This document shows positions 8,757 to 16,417 of a stretch of DNA of 19,752 bases, piece by piece. Origin of the DNA: Elusimicrobiota bacterium. Its GTDB lineage: Bacteria; Elusimicrobiota; Elusimicrobia; UBA1565; JACRDR01. The stretch lies in assembly GCA_041694815.1 (NCBI GenBank), contig JBGFSC010000044.1, positions 1-19,752 on the forward strand. The letters run 5' to 3'. Each line of letters opens with the position of its first letter. Position 1 is the stretch's first letter. The notes under the pieces are model-generated. The model was not told the DNA's origin, did no database searches, and saw nothing but the letters and a program-made list of their open reading frames with translations. The position numbers were made by a program, and so were the translations under genes.

Positions 8757-10133
8757 ATGAGCGGCTCCTCGCTGGCGAAGATAGGGGTCCGAGTCTCGGA
8801 TTGGTTCGAGCATTGGTTCCCGGACGCCTTCGTGTTCGCCGTGCTCGCCGTCGCGGCGGTCTTCGCGGCGAGCCTCGCGGCCGGCCACTCGGCGGCCGAG
8901 ACGGCCTTGTGGTTCGGCTCCGGCTTCTGGGAGTTGGTCCGATTCACCATGCAGATGACTCTCATCGTGGTCAGCGGCTATGCCGTCGCCACGGCCCCGC
9001 CCGTCTACCGTTCGATCGAATGGCTTTCCGGGAGGGCGCGCCACCCTCGAGAGGCGGTGGTATTGGTCGCCCTGTTTTCCATGCTCACCTCCCTGCTTTC
9101 CTGGAGCTTCAGCCTGATTTTCAGCGGACTGCTGGCCCGCGAGGTGGCCCACCGGGTCAAGGGCTGCGATTACCGCGCCGTGGGCGCGGCCGCCTACCTG
9201 GGCTTAAGCAGCGTCTCCATGATGGGCCTTTCCTCCTCGGCCGCCTTGATCATGGCCAACCCCGGTTCCATGCCCGCCGGGCTACTCAAGGTCAGCGGGG
9301 TCATCCCCCTAGAGGAGACGATCTTCTTGTGGCAGGGCGGGGTGATCGTGTTCTCGCTGATCGCCGCCTCCTTGATCGTCGCCTATTGGGTGACCCCCGC
9401 CGCCGAGGACGCGCGGGGCATGGAGGAATTGGGCGTCTCCTACGCCCCGCTTATCGGGAAGCCCGAGAGACCGAAGCGGCCCGGGGAATGGCTGGAATAC
9501 CAGCCCTGGCTCAGCCTGATGCTCGTCTCCATCGGAGGCCTTTACCTATGGCAGGTTTTGGGCCGCGGCGGGGCGAGGGAGCTGCTCGAGCTTAACAATT
9601 ACATCTTTGCTTTCCTCATGATGGCGCTTCTGCTGCATTGGAGGCCCCGTTCCTTCATGACGGCCATCGCCCAGTCGGTCCCCGCCGCCGCGGGGATACT
9701 GATCCAGTACCCCCTCTACGGCGGGATACTCAAGATCATGACCGAATCCGATCTGGCCGAGCGGCTCGCCCATTTCTTCGTGTCGGTCTCCACGCGCGAG
9801 AGCTACCCCGTCTGGGTCGGGCTCTATTCGGGGCTGCTCGGCTTCTTCATCCCCTCGGCGGGAGGCAAGTGGCTCATCGAGGCCCCCTACCTCATGCAGG
9901 CGGCCAACGAGCTCCAGGTGCATCGGGGCTGGGTGGTCCAGGTCTACAACGCGGCCGAGGCCCTTCCCTGCATGATCCATCCCTTCTGGATGCTTCCTTT
10001 ATTGGGGATACTCCGCCTGCGCGCCCGGGACATCGTGGGCTACAGCGCGATCCAGCTCCTGGTCCACGCCCCGCTCGTCTTGTTCCTCTGCTGGGCCCTC
10101 AATGCTACCCTCCCGTACCGTCCTTTGCCCTAG
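8757..10133 (+). CDS. atoE: Short-chain fatty acid transporter (AtoE family)
   Basis: WFPDAFVFA, GFWELVRFTMQM, DYRAVGAAAYLG, GILIQYPLYGGI, IPSAGGKW, PFWMLPLLG; many TM segments. Confidence 0.88.
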   Translation: MSGSSLAKIGVRVSDWFEHWFPDAFVFAVLAVAAVFAASLAAGHSAAETALWFGSGFWELVRFTMQMTLIVVSGYAVATAPPVYRSIEWLSGRARHPREAVVLVALFSMLTSLLSWSFSLIFSGLLAREVAHRVKGCDYRAVGAAAYLGLSSVSMMGLSSSAALIMANPGSMPAGLLKVSGVIPLEETIFLWQGGVIVFSLIAASLIVAYWVTPAAEDARGMEELGVSYAPLIGKPERPKRPGEWLEYQPWLSLMLVSIGGLYLWQVLGRGGARELLELNNYIFAFLMMALLLHWRPRSFMTAIAQSVPAAAGILIQYPLYGGILKIMTESDLAERLAHFFVSVSTRESYPVWVGLYSGLLGFFIPSAGGKWLIEAPYLMQAANELQVHRGWVVQVYNAAEALPCMIHPFWMLPLLGILRLRARDIVGYSAIQLLVHAPLVLFLCWALNATLPYRPLP

Positions 10134-10171
10134 ACTGGCGGCTTTACGACTTTCTGTTATACTAATCCGAC

Positions 10172-11611
10172 ATGAGACTGCGGGTCAACCGGCTCGGCCT
10201 CAAACTCTCGCTGTTGGCGTCGCTCTTCATCCTCTCGATCGTCGGCGCCATGACCTGGATATTGCTGCGCCAGATCGAGCGCGCCATGATCTCCGAGATG
10301 CAGATCCGGGCCAATTTCTTCGCGCGCTCCTGCGCCGAGGCCATCTTCCCCCGCCTCGACAGCTTTACCCTCCATTTCAACACGCAGGAGATGCTCAAGG
10401 AAAAGGCGGTGGTCTACGTCTCGGTCTTGGACGCCGAGGGCAAGGTCCTCTCCCACTCCGACCCCCACCGCATCGGGGAGACGCTCTCAAGCCCCACCGA
10501 TAAGGTCGCCATCGCCTCCTCCCAATCCATCGTCCAGGAGTACACCGAAAACGGCGTCGGCTATTTCGACATCGCCTCGCCCGTGCTCGCCGGCAGCCGG
10601 AGGGCCGGGACCGTGCGCCTAGGATTTACCCGCGCCTCCATCGCGAACGCCATCCAGGACGCCCGCGACCAGATACTCTGGATCGCCTTCGCCGCGGTAC
10701 TGCTGGCGGTGTTCGGAACCATCTTCCTGGTGGAGTGGATGACCCACCCGCTGCCCCAGCTGGCCCAGGCGGCCGAGGAGGTGGGCGCCGGACATCTGGA
10801 CGTGCGCATCGACGTCGAGAGCCGCGACGAGGTGGGTCAGCTCGCCTCGGCCTTCAACAAGATGGTCGCGGGCCTGCGCGAGAAGAACAAGATCCGCAAT
10901 ACCTTCGGGCGCTACATCTCCAAGGAGGTCGTAGACGGTTTTTTGAGCGGGAAGCTCTCCCTCGAGCTCGGAGGGGAGCGCAAGGAGATGTCGGTGCTCA
11001 TGTCCGACATCCGCGACTTCACCGAGCTCTCCGAGAAGCTGCCTCCCGAGGAGGTCGTGCGCCTGCTCAACCGCTACCTCACCGAGATGGTGCACGTCAT
11101 CACCACGCACGGAGGGACGGTGGACAAGTTCATCGGCGATGCCATACTGGCCGTCTTCGGCTGGCCTCTCTACCGCCAGGACCATGTCGCCATGGCCGTC
11201 GACGCCGGGTTGAGCATGCAGGAGAAGCTCGCCGAGCTCAACGCCTCCTTCGCGCGCGAGGGAAAGCCCCCCTTGAAGATGGGCATCGCCATCCACACGG
11301 GGGTGGCCGTGGCGGGCAATATCGGCAGCCAGGAGAAAATGCAGTACACGGTCATCGGGGATTCCGTGAACCTGGCCTCGCGAATGGAGGGGGCCAACAA
11401 GCGGCTTGGCACCGATTTCATCGTGAGCGAGGCGGTGTACAAGGCGGTCGAAGACCGCTTCGAATTTAAGGACGTCGGCGTCAATGCCGTGCGCGGACGC
11501 AAGGAGCCCGTGCATATCTATTCGGTGCTGGGCCGGCGGGCCTCGGCGCTGGCCGCCCTTAAAACAGCCGGGGGAGCCCCCGAGCAAGCCCGGAAAGCCC
11601 CCCCAGCCTAA
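10172..11611 (+). CDS. Membrane-bound class III adenylate cyclase (2TM, periplasmic sensor, HAMP)
   Basis: HAMP SRDEVGQLASAFNKM. Catalytic SDIRDFT, DKFIGDA and YTVIGDSVNLASRME, with the Lys/Thr pair typical of ATP specificity. Confidence 0.93.
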   Translation: MRLRVNRLGLKLSLLASLFILSIVGAMTWILLRQIERAMISEMQIRANFFARSCAEAIFPRLDSFTLHFNTQEMLKEKAVVYVSVLDAEGKVLSHSDPHRIGETLSSPTDKVAIASSQSIVQEYTENGVGYFDIASPVLAGSRRAGTVRLGFTRASIANAIQDARDQILWIAFAAVLLAVFGTIFLVEWMTHPLPQLAQAAEEVGAGHLDVRIDVESRDEVGQLASAFNKMVAGLREKNKIRNTFGRYISKEVVDGFLSGKLSLELGGERKEMSVLMSDIRDFTELSEKLPPEEVVRLLNRYLTEMVHVITTHGGTVDKFIGDAILAVFGWPLYRQDHVAMAVDAGLSMQEKLAELNASFAREGKPPLKMGIAIHTGVAVAGNIGSQEKMQYTVIGDSVNLASRMEGANKRLGTDFIVSEAVYKAVEDRFEFKDVGVNAVRGRKEPVHIYSVLGRRASALAALKTAGGAPEQARKAPPA

Positions 11612-11626
11612 AACGTCCCGCGCCGC

Positions 11627-11965
11627 TTAGGCCGTCGCGCCTTCCATCACCTGTCGGCAGCACGAGGCGCACTGGCGGCAGGCTTGGGCGCATTGCTTCA
11701 TCTCCGGCTCCGAGAAAGACTCGCACAACCTGGAGCACTCCTGGCAGACCTGGGCGCAGGCGTCGCAGACCGGGCCGCAGTGTCCGGAACCGTGGATGCA
11801 GGAATTCGCGCAAGCCTGGCATAGCTGCGCGCACTCGATCATCTTGAGCAGCAAGGACGACTCCGCGTACTTGCCGCCCTTTTGAAGGCAGAACTTCACC
11901 GCCCGCATGCACGCCTTGTAACACTCCATACATGAATCGCTACATTGAGCCAGGGTCATGTCCAT
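11627..11965 (-). CDS. Four-helix-bundle copper storage protein (Csp3/DUF326-like)
   Basis: 112 aa of repeated CxxxCxxCxxxC motifs, no signal peptide, SD AAGGAGG. Confidence 0.88.
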   Translation of the reverse strand: MDMTLAQCSDSCMECYKACMRAVKFCLQKGGKYAESSLLLKMIECAQLCQACANSCIHGSGHCGPVCDACAQVCQECSRLCESFSEPEMKQCAQACRQCASCCRQVMEGATA

Positions 11966-12000
11966 ATTTTCCTCCTTTCGGTTTTATACGGCGTCCAAAG

Positions 12001-12066
12001 ATTGTAGCCGCGCGACGACGGCTTTCCCATGGAGAACCCGTAACTTCCAAGCGACGCCTTCGCGAC
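12001..12066 (-). promoter_or_regulatory. Promoter of the csp gene with an 11-bp-phased direct repeat array
   Basis: Minus strand GTCGC-N6-GTCGC-N6-GTTAC-N6-TCCAT-N22-TACAAT. Confidence 0.65.
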
Positions 12067-12083
12067 GCCCGCCATACGCTCCC

Positions 12084-12138
12084 GACAACAAAGCTTTACC
12101 TCCCCGCTATGGAGGACGGCGGCGGAATAGGCCAAAAT
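12084..12138 (+). promoter_or_regulatory. Promoter of the 47-aa ORF, same architecture
   Basis: GACAA-N6-TTTAC-N6-GCTAT-N22-CAAAAT. Confidence 0.5.
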
Positions 12139-12174
12139 GCCTCGCCGCAAATAACTAACCAGGAGGGCATCCGG

Positions 12175-12318
12175 ATGTTTCGCGAGAAGAAGGATCGGAT
12201 AAAGTGGGAAACGCGACGGGCCAAGATGCCTCGCCGCCTTCAGGAAAAAGTCTCCAGCCGCCAGATCAAGCTGCAGCGCCTGCTCGAAGAGGAGGAATTC
12301 GCGGAATTGGAGTACTAG
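12175..12318 (+). CDS. Small protein, 47 aa, basic N-terminus and acidic tail
   Basis: SD AGGAGG 8 nt before ATG 12175. MFREKKDRIKWETRRAKMPRRLQEKVSSRQIKLQRLLEEEEFAELEY. A promoter of the shared architecture lies upstream. Confidence 0.6.
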   Translation: MFREKKDRIKWETRRAKMPRRLQEKVSSRQIKLQRLLEEEEFAELEY

Positions 12319-13396
12319 CGGCGACGGCTTTAGCCTCCCGGGGGCGCGTCGCCGCCGCGCCCCCGGCCTGGCCGCCGATGGCCACCGGGCGGCCCTCGCG
12401 GATGGCGCGCTGCAGCGCGCATGCGACCCTGAGATTCGCCACCCCTTCCACGCCCGATGGCTCCGGTGGGTGGTTTTGCAGGATGCAGTCCGAAAAATAG
12501 CGCAGCTCCCTTTCAAAAATTCCGCGACGCTCGAAACTACGCTCCTTGCGCTTTCCTTGGAGCACGACGGCGTGCCGCTGCTCCCCCACGTGCTCGAAGG
12601 CCGGTTCGCAGCGCAGCTCTCCCTTGCTGCCGAAAATATGGAAAAGAGACAACTCCGAGGCGCCCGAGCCAAGCATGAAGCTCGCCACGCGTCCGCCGTC
12701 GAAGCGCAGCAGGGCCGCGGTAAATTCCACTTTTCCGCGGGAGTGTTCGCCGGGCCCCTGGACCGAATAGGCGAACGCCTCCTCCGGTTCGCAGCCGAAG
12801 AGGCGTCTAGCCGTCTCGATGCAATGTATCCCGGATACGAGCAGGGCTCCGCCCGGTTCGACAAGGAAGGCCTCCGATAAGGCGGCGGGGGCCGACGCGA
12901 CTACGGCGTGGAAGGAGCGTAGCTCCCCTAGCTTGCCAGCGCGCGCGAATTCCAGCGCCTTGGCATGGGACTCGTCGAAACGCAGGCCGTCGGAGGCCAT
13001 GAGCCGGGCTTGGCGCCTGCCGGCCGCCCGAAGTACCGCCTCTGCCTCCTCCGGTGTGCGGCCCATCGGCTGGCGGCAGAAAACGTGGATGCCGGCCTCC
13101 GCCGCGCGCAGCGCGAAAGGGTGTCGCAGCGGGCTGGGCACCGTCAGGCAGACCGCGTCGATCTCGCCGCTCTTGAGGCAGGAGGCATAATCCTCATAAG
13201 TATAGGCGAGGCCGACCCGATACTTCTTACCCAACTTCTTGTGCTTAACCGGATCATCCGAAACGAAGGCCGCCAACTCGGAATTATCGGAGCAGCGCTC
13301 GAAAGCCGGCAGAACCTCCGCTTGGGCCGCGTGCCCTAATCCAACGACGGCGTAACGCACCTTCTGGCCGGGCTTCGCCTCGCGATCTTCGCTCAT
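12266..13396 (-). CDS. Gfo/Idh/MocA-family oxidoreductase-like protein with degenerate motifs
   Basis: VRYAVVGLGHAAQAEVLPAF Rossmann start and IDAVCLTVPSPLRH. Canonical EKP appears as RQP. Start chosen by SD AGGAG spacing. Confidence 0.82.
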   Translation of the reverse strand: MSEDREAKPGQKVRYAVVGLGHAAQAEVLPAFERCSDNSELAAFVSDDPVKHKKLGKKYRVGLAYTYEDYASCLKSGEIDAVCLTVPSPLRHPFALRAAEAGIHVFCRQPMGRTPEEAEAVLRAAGRRQARLMASDGLRFDESHAKALEFARAGKLGELRSFHAVVASAPAALSEAFLVEPGGALLVSGIHCIETARRLFGCEPEEAFAYSVQGPGEHSRGKVEFTAALLRFDGGRVASFMLGSGASELSLFHIFGSKGELRCEPAFEHVGEQRHAVVLQGKRKERSFERRGIFERELRYFSDCILQNHPPEPSGVEGVANLRVACALQRAIREGRPVAIGGQAGGAAATRPREAKAVAASTPIPRIPPLRAGAAA

Positions 13397-13408
13397 GAGC
13401 GTCATCTC

Positions 13409-13606
13409 CTATCGCGCCTTCGGACGCCGCCGGGCCCGGACATCGACGGCCTGGTTGGCGCAGGAGCAGCCCTTGTCCTCGGCGCAGCCGACGCAACAGT
13501 ATTTCTCCCCTTCCTTCTCGAAGGCCTCCGAGGCGCGCGGGATTGCGCTGCCGCATTTGGGACAGGACAGGCCGGCCCCCTTTCCACCATTTTTTTGAAT
13601 GGGCAT
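13409..13606 (-). CDS. Metallothionein-like small Cys-rich protein
   Basis: CPKC..AFEKEGEKYCCVGCAEDKGCSC resembles the YCxxxC core of bacterial metallothioneins and TRASH domains. SD AAGGAGG. Confidence 0.7.
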   Translation of the reverse strand: MPIQKNGGKGAGLSCPKCGSAIPRASEAFEKEGEKYCCVGCAEDKGCSCANQAVDVRARRRPKAR

Positions 13607-13652
13607 AGCTGCCTCCTTAAATGATCGCCCCGCCGCTTGGGACGGAGCCGCT

Positions 13653-14030
13653 TTAATCCGGGCGCGGTCCGAACCCGTTGTGATTGGGCATGGTGGGATC
13701 CCGTTCCTCGAATCTCACCTGGAACTGCCTCGGGGGGGTCGACACCCACTTGCCCTCGGGGGTGATTCCCCGCGCAACCGCCTGATGATCGCCAGGGGCG
13801 TAGCCCGCCCAATCGTACCACCAGTAGCCGACCGCTTGCCGGCAGGGTTCCCAAGGCCCCTCGTCGACGGATATCTCCACTCCCTTAAGTTGAGCCTGGG
13901 CCCCCAAACGGAAAGTGTATTCCTTCGATAGGATAACGTCGCGCCGCTGCGGGTAGTCGAAGTCGAGCCGGCGCGCCACCTTTTCCGATTTTTCCGTCGA
14001 CTTCGCCCTTCTGCGGCCCTTCGACTCCAT
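13653..14030 (-). CDS. Hypothetical protein with an Ig-like beta-sandwich domain
   Basis: VEISVDEGPWEPC..GYWWYDW..GDHQAVARG resembles bacterial Ig-like/Mo-co dimerisation-type folds. Basic N-terminal tail, G-rich SD. Confidence 0.7.
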   Translation of the reverse strand: MESKGRRRAKSTEKSEKVARRLDFDYPQRRDVILSKEYTFRLGAQAQLKGVEISVDEGPWEPCRQAVGYWWYDWAGYAPGDHQAVARGITPEGKWVSTPPRQFQVRFEERDPTMPNHNGFGPRPD

Positions 14031-14055
14031 ACGTTTTCCCCCCAATTCGCCAAGC

Positions 14056-14121
14056 ATTATAGACGCGCGCAAGAGAGCCGCCCATAGACGAGGCGTAATT
14101 TATATTTCTCCCGCGCTTGAC
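14056..14121 (-). promoter_or_regulatory. Promoter of the Ig-like/MT/Gfo operon with phased repeats
   Basis: Minus strand GTCAA-N17-ATTAC-N6-TCTAT-N22-TATAAT. Confidence 0.62.
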
Positions 14122-14127
14122 GTAGGA

Positions 14128-14574
14128 TTACTGCAGGCAGCGCGGCGGCAGGCGTACGATGTTGAACCAGAACTCCTCGATCGCGTTCATGGTGCGCACG
14201 AACTGCTCGTAGCTCCGCGGCTTATTAACGTAACAGTTGCCCCCAGAGCCGTAGGTCATGAGCACGTCCGAGTCCTCCAGGGAGGAGGTCATGATCACCA
14301 CCACGATCTGTTTTAGGAAAGGGTCGCTCTTGATCTCGCGCAGCAGCTCGTGGCCGTTTTTGCCGGGAAGGTGCAGGTCCATGAGGATAAGGTCGGGACG
14401 CGCCGCTCCCACGTAGCGGCCTTCGCGCCGCAGATAGGCCATCGCCTCGGCGGCGCTCGAAACGACGCTGCAGCGGACCGACTCGCAGCGTTGGCGGAAT
14501 CCCTCGGCCATCAGCTCCACGTGCTCGGGATCGTCTTCGACCAACAGGACCTCGTGCCGGATCATCTCGCGCAT
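14128..14574 (-). CDS. Single-domain response regulator (Rcp1-like receiver)
   Basis: VLLVEDD, RPDLILMDLHLPGKNG, IMTSS..DV..TY..GGNCYVNKP, IEEFWFNIVRLP. SD GGAGG before ATG 14574. Confidence 0.9.
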   Translation of the reverse strand: MREMIRHEVLLVEDDPEHVELMAEGFRQRCESVRCSVVSSAAEAMAYLRREGRYVGAARPDLILMDLHLPGKNGHELLREIKSDPFLKQIVVVIMTSSLEDSDVLMTYGSGGNCYVNKPRSYEQFVRTMNAIEEFWFNIVRLPPRCLQ

Positions 14575-14608
14575 ACCCCCTCCAGGCGGCTCTCGCCTAA
14601 CTGCGTCC

Positions 14609-14663
14609 ATTATAGGGAGCGCGGAGGCCCTCCCACATAGAAGGGGTGTCAAAGAATGGTTGA
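14609..14663 (-). promoter_or_regulatory. Promoter of the receiver gene with phased repeats
   Basis: Minus strand TCAAC-N6-TTGAC-N6-TCTAT-N22-TATAAT. Confidence 0.62.
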
Positions 14664-14675
14664 GGGATTTGGTAA

Positions 14676-14720
14676 GCGGCGGCATACGGCTCTCCCCTTA
14701 GGGATACCGTATGCCGCCGC
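14676..14720. repeat. Strong intergenic inverted repeat (terminator or REP-like hairpin)
   Basis: GCGGCGGCATACGG (14676-14689) / CCGTATGCCGCCGC (14707-14720), 14 nt past the regulator stop codon. No clear U tract. Confidence 0.7.
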
Positions 14721-14734
14721 CTTGACGCGGCGCT

Positions 14735-15445
14735 TTACGCCATTTTGATCTGGTAGCCGAACGACGCGACGGTGACGATACGGTCCGCCTCGGCCTTGAG
14801 CTTCTTACGCAGCCGGGCGATATGCTGGTCCACCGTGCGGGTGTCGATGTCGATGGACTTCTTGTAGCCCCAGATATGCTCGAGCAGGTAGTCCCTGGAG
14901 AGCACCTTGCCACGGGCCTTCATGAGCAGCAGCAGGAACTCGAACTCCTTGGGGGTCAGATCGGTGAGCTTGCCGCGCACGCGCACCTCGTGCCGCTCGG
15001 GGTCGACCTCGATGCCTCCGACGGTCGTCACCGCCTTGTCGTCCTGGCCGTTGGCGGCGGCCGCCGAGCGCCGGAAGATGGCCTGCACGCGCGCGACGAG
15101 CTCGCCGACGGAGAAGGGCTTGGTGATGTAATCGTCGGCACCGAGCTTAAGGCCCAGGATCCGGTCCATCTCGCTTTTCTTGGCGGTCAGGAATATGATC
15201 GGGACCTGGGATTCCTGCCGCAGCACCCGGCAGAACTCCAGGCCGTCCATCTTGGGCAGCATGATGTCCAAAACGATGAGGTCCAGTTTGTTCTTGCGGG
15301 CCACGGCGAGGCCGGTCTCGGCGTCCGAGGCGCGGAAGACCTTGAAGCCCTCGTTTTCCAGATTGTATTGGAGCAATCGGACCAAATCCTTTTCGTCCTC
15401 GACGATCAATATTTTTCCTTTGTTACCATTTCCATTCGTTTCCAT
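14735..15445 (-). CDS. OmpR/PhoB-family response regulator (copy 2)
   Basis: ILIVEDE, IVLDIMLPKMDG, FLTAK, DDYITKPFS, LTPKEFE, TRTVDQHIARLRKKL. Confidence 0.95.
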   Translation of the reverse strand: METNGNGNKGKILIVEDEKDLVRLLQYNLENEGFKVFRASDAETGLAVARKNKLDLIVLDIMLPKMDGLEFCRVLRQESQVPIIFLTAKKSEMDRILGLKLGADDYITKPFSVGELVARVQAIFRRSAAAANGQDDKAVTTVGGIEVDPERHEVRVRGKLTDLTPKEFEFLLLLMKARGKVLSRDYLLEHIWGYKKSIDIDTRTVDQHIARLRKKLKAEADRIVTVASFGYQIKMA

Positions 15446-15497
15446 TTGCCCTCCGGCGTTCCTGATGAACTATGACGCGTCAAAAAGCGCGGGGCGC

Positions 15498-15564
15498 ATA
15501 ATACCATCTTGAATTTAAAAACGCCAATGGAGGGGATGTGAAGAATTTGTGACGGCTTGATGAC
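15498..15564 (-). promoter_or_regulatory. Promoter of regulator copy 2 with a Pho-box-like array
   Basis: Minus strand GTCAT-N6-GTCAC-N6-TTCAC-N6-TCCAT-N23-TATTAT; TTGGCG-N18-TATTAT. Confidence 0.75.
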
Positions 15565-15574
15565 GGGAAAGGGG

Positions 15575-16264
15575 TCAATCCATCTTTATCTCGTAGCCGA
15601 AATTAGTGACGGTTACGATGCGCCGCCCCTCGCCGCGGAGCTTCCGCCGCAGGTGCGCGATATGCTGGTCGACGGTGCGCGTGTCGATGTCCATGGATTT
15701 CTCGTAGCCCCAGACGCATTCAAGCAGGTGGTCGCGCGAGAGCACCTTGCCCTTGGCCTCGATGAGCAGCTTGAGGAACTCGAACTCCTTCGGGGTCAGG
15801 CCGACCGGCTTTCCCTTAACCTTGACCTCGTGCCGCTCGAAATCGACCTCCAGGTCCCCGATCTTCTGCGGGGCGCCGTTCTCCTCGACCAAGTCGGGGC
15901 GCACGCGGCGCAGGATGGCCTCGATGCGCGCCATGAGCTCGCGCACGGAGAACGGCTTGGTGACGTAATCGTCCCCGCCGAGCTTCAGGCCCAGGATGCG
16001 GTCTACTTCCCCCGTCTTGCCGGTCAGAAACAGCGCCGGGATTTGGAACTCCAGCCGCAGCTGGCGGCAGAACTCCAGGCCATCCATCTTGGGCAGCATC
16101 ACGTCGATGATCGCCATATCGGGCCGCTCTCGGCGCGCCAACTCCAGTCCGCTCTCACCGTCCTGGGCATAGATCGGGCGGTATCCCTCTTTCCGGAAAT
16201 TGGGTTTGATGACTTCCAGCAGGTCTTTTTCGTCGTCCACCACTAAAATCTTGGCTCTTGCCAT
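15575..16264 (-). CDS. OmpR/PhoB-family response regulator (copy 1)
   Basis: ILVVDDE, IIDVMLPKMDG, FLTGK, DDYVTKPFS, LTPKEFE, TRTVDQHIAHLRRKL. Confidence 0.95.
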   Translation of the reverse strand: MARAKILVVDDEKDLLEVIKPNFRKEGYRPIYAQDGESGLELARRERPDMAIIDVMLPKMDGLEFCRQLRLEFQIPALFLTGKTGEVDRILGLKLGGDDYVTKPFSVRELMARIEAILRRVRPDLVEENGAPQKIGDLEVDFERHEVKVKGKPVGLTPKEFEFLKLLIEAKGKVLSRDHLLECVWGYEKSMDIDTRTVDQHIAHLRRKLRGEGRRIVTVTNFGYEIKMD

Positions 16265-16299
16265 AGGCGCCCCCTTTCGTTGAACGGACAACGGTGCCC

Positions 16300-16365
16300 A
16301 TTGTACGCCGCGCGAACGCCGTCCACCATATAGTCGGGGTCAAACTACTCTGACGCCCCCATGAC
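16300..16365 (-). promoter_or_regulatory. Promoter of regulator copy 1 with a Pho-box-like array
   Basis: Minus strand GTCAT-N6-GTCAG-N6-TTGAC-N6-TATAT-N22-TACAAT. Confidence 0.72.
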
Positions 16366-16417
16366 GCGGGCCTGGAATTTCCAGGATCGCGGGGGTATAC
16401 TTTCCATCGGACCCGGC

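Noticed and set aside
2024..11587. Many long alternate-frame and antisense ORFs (e.g. 3423-4544, 6122-7231, 7523-8965, 10619-11587)
   Set aside because: Shadows of high-GC genes with no recognisable motifs, RBS or promoter.
11932..12174. N-terminal extension of the small ORF (128-aa version)
   Set aside because: It overlaps the csp start and two promoters; the strong SD supports ATG 12175.
14609..14652. TTGACA plus TATAAT as a canonical -35/-10 pair
   Set aside because: The spacing is 32 nt; TTGAC fits better as a half-site of the phased array.
14735..16264. Naming the regulators phoB/phoP or cusR
   Set aside because: Family-level similarity only; no phoR, pst or cusS is adjacent.
16376..16398. 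SigB-like promoter (GGGTAT -10)
   Set aside because: No convincing GTTT -35 at the right spacing; TATACT explains the site equally well.
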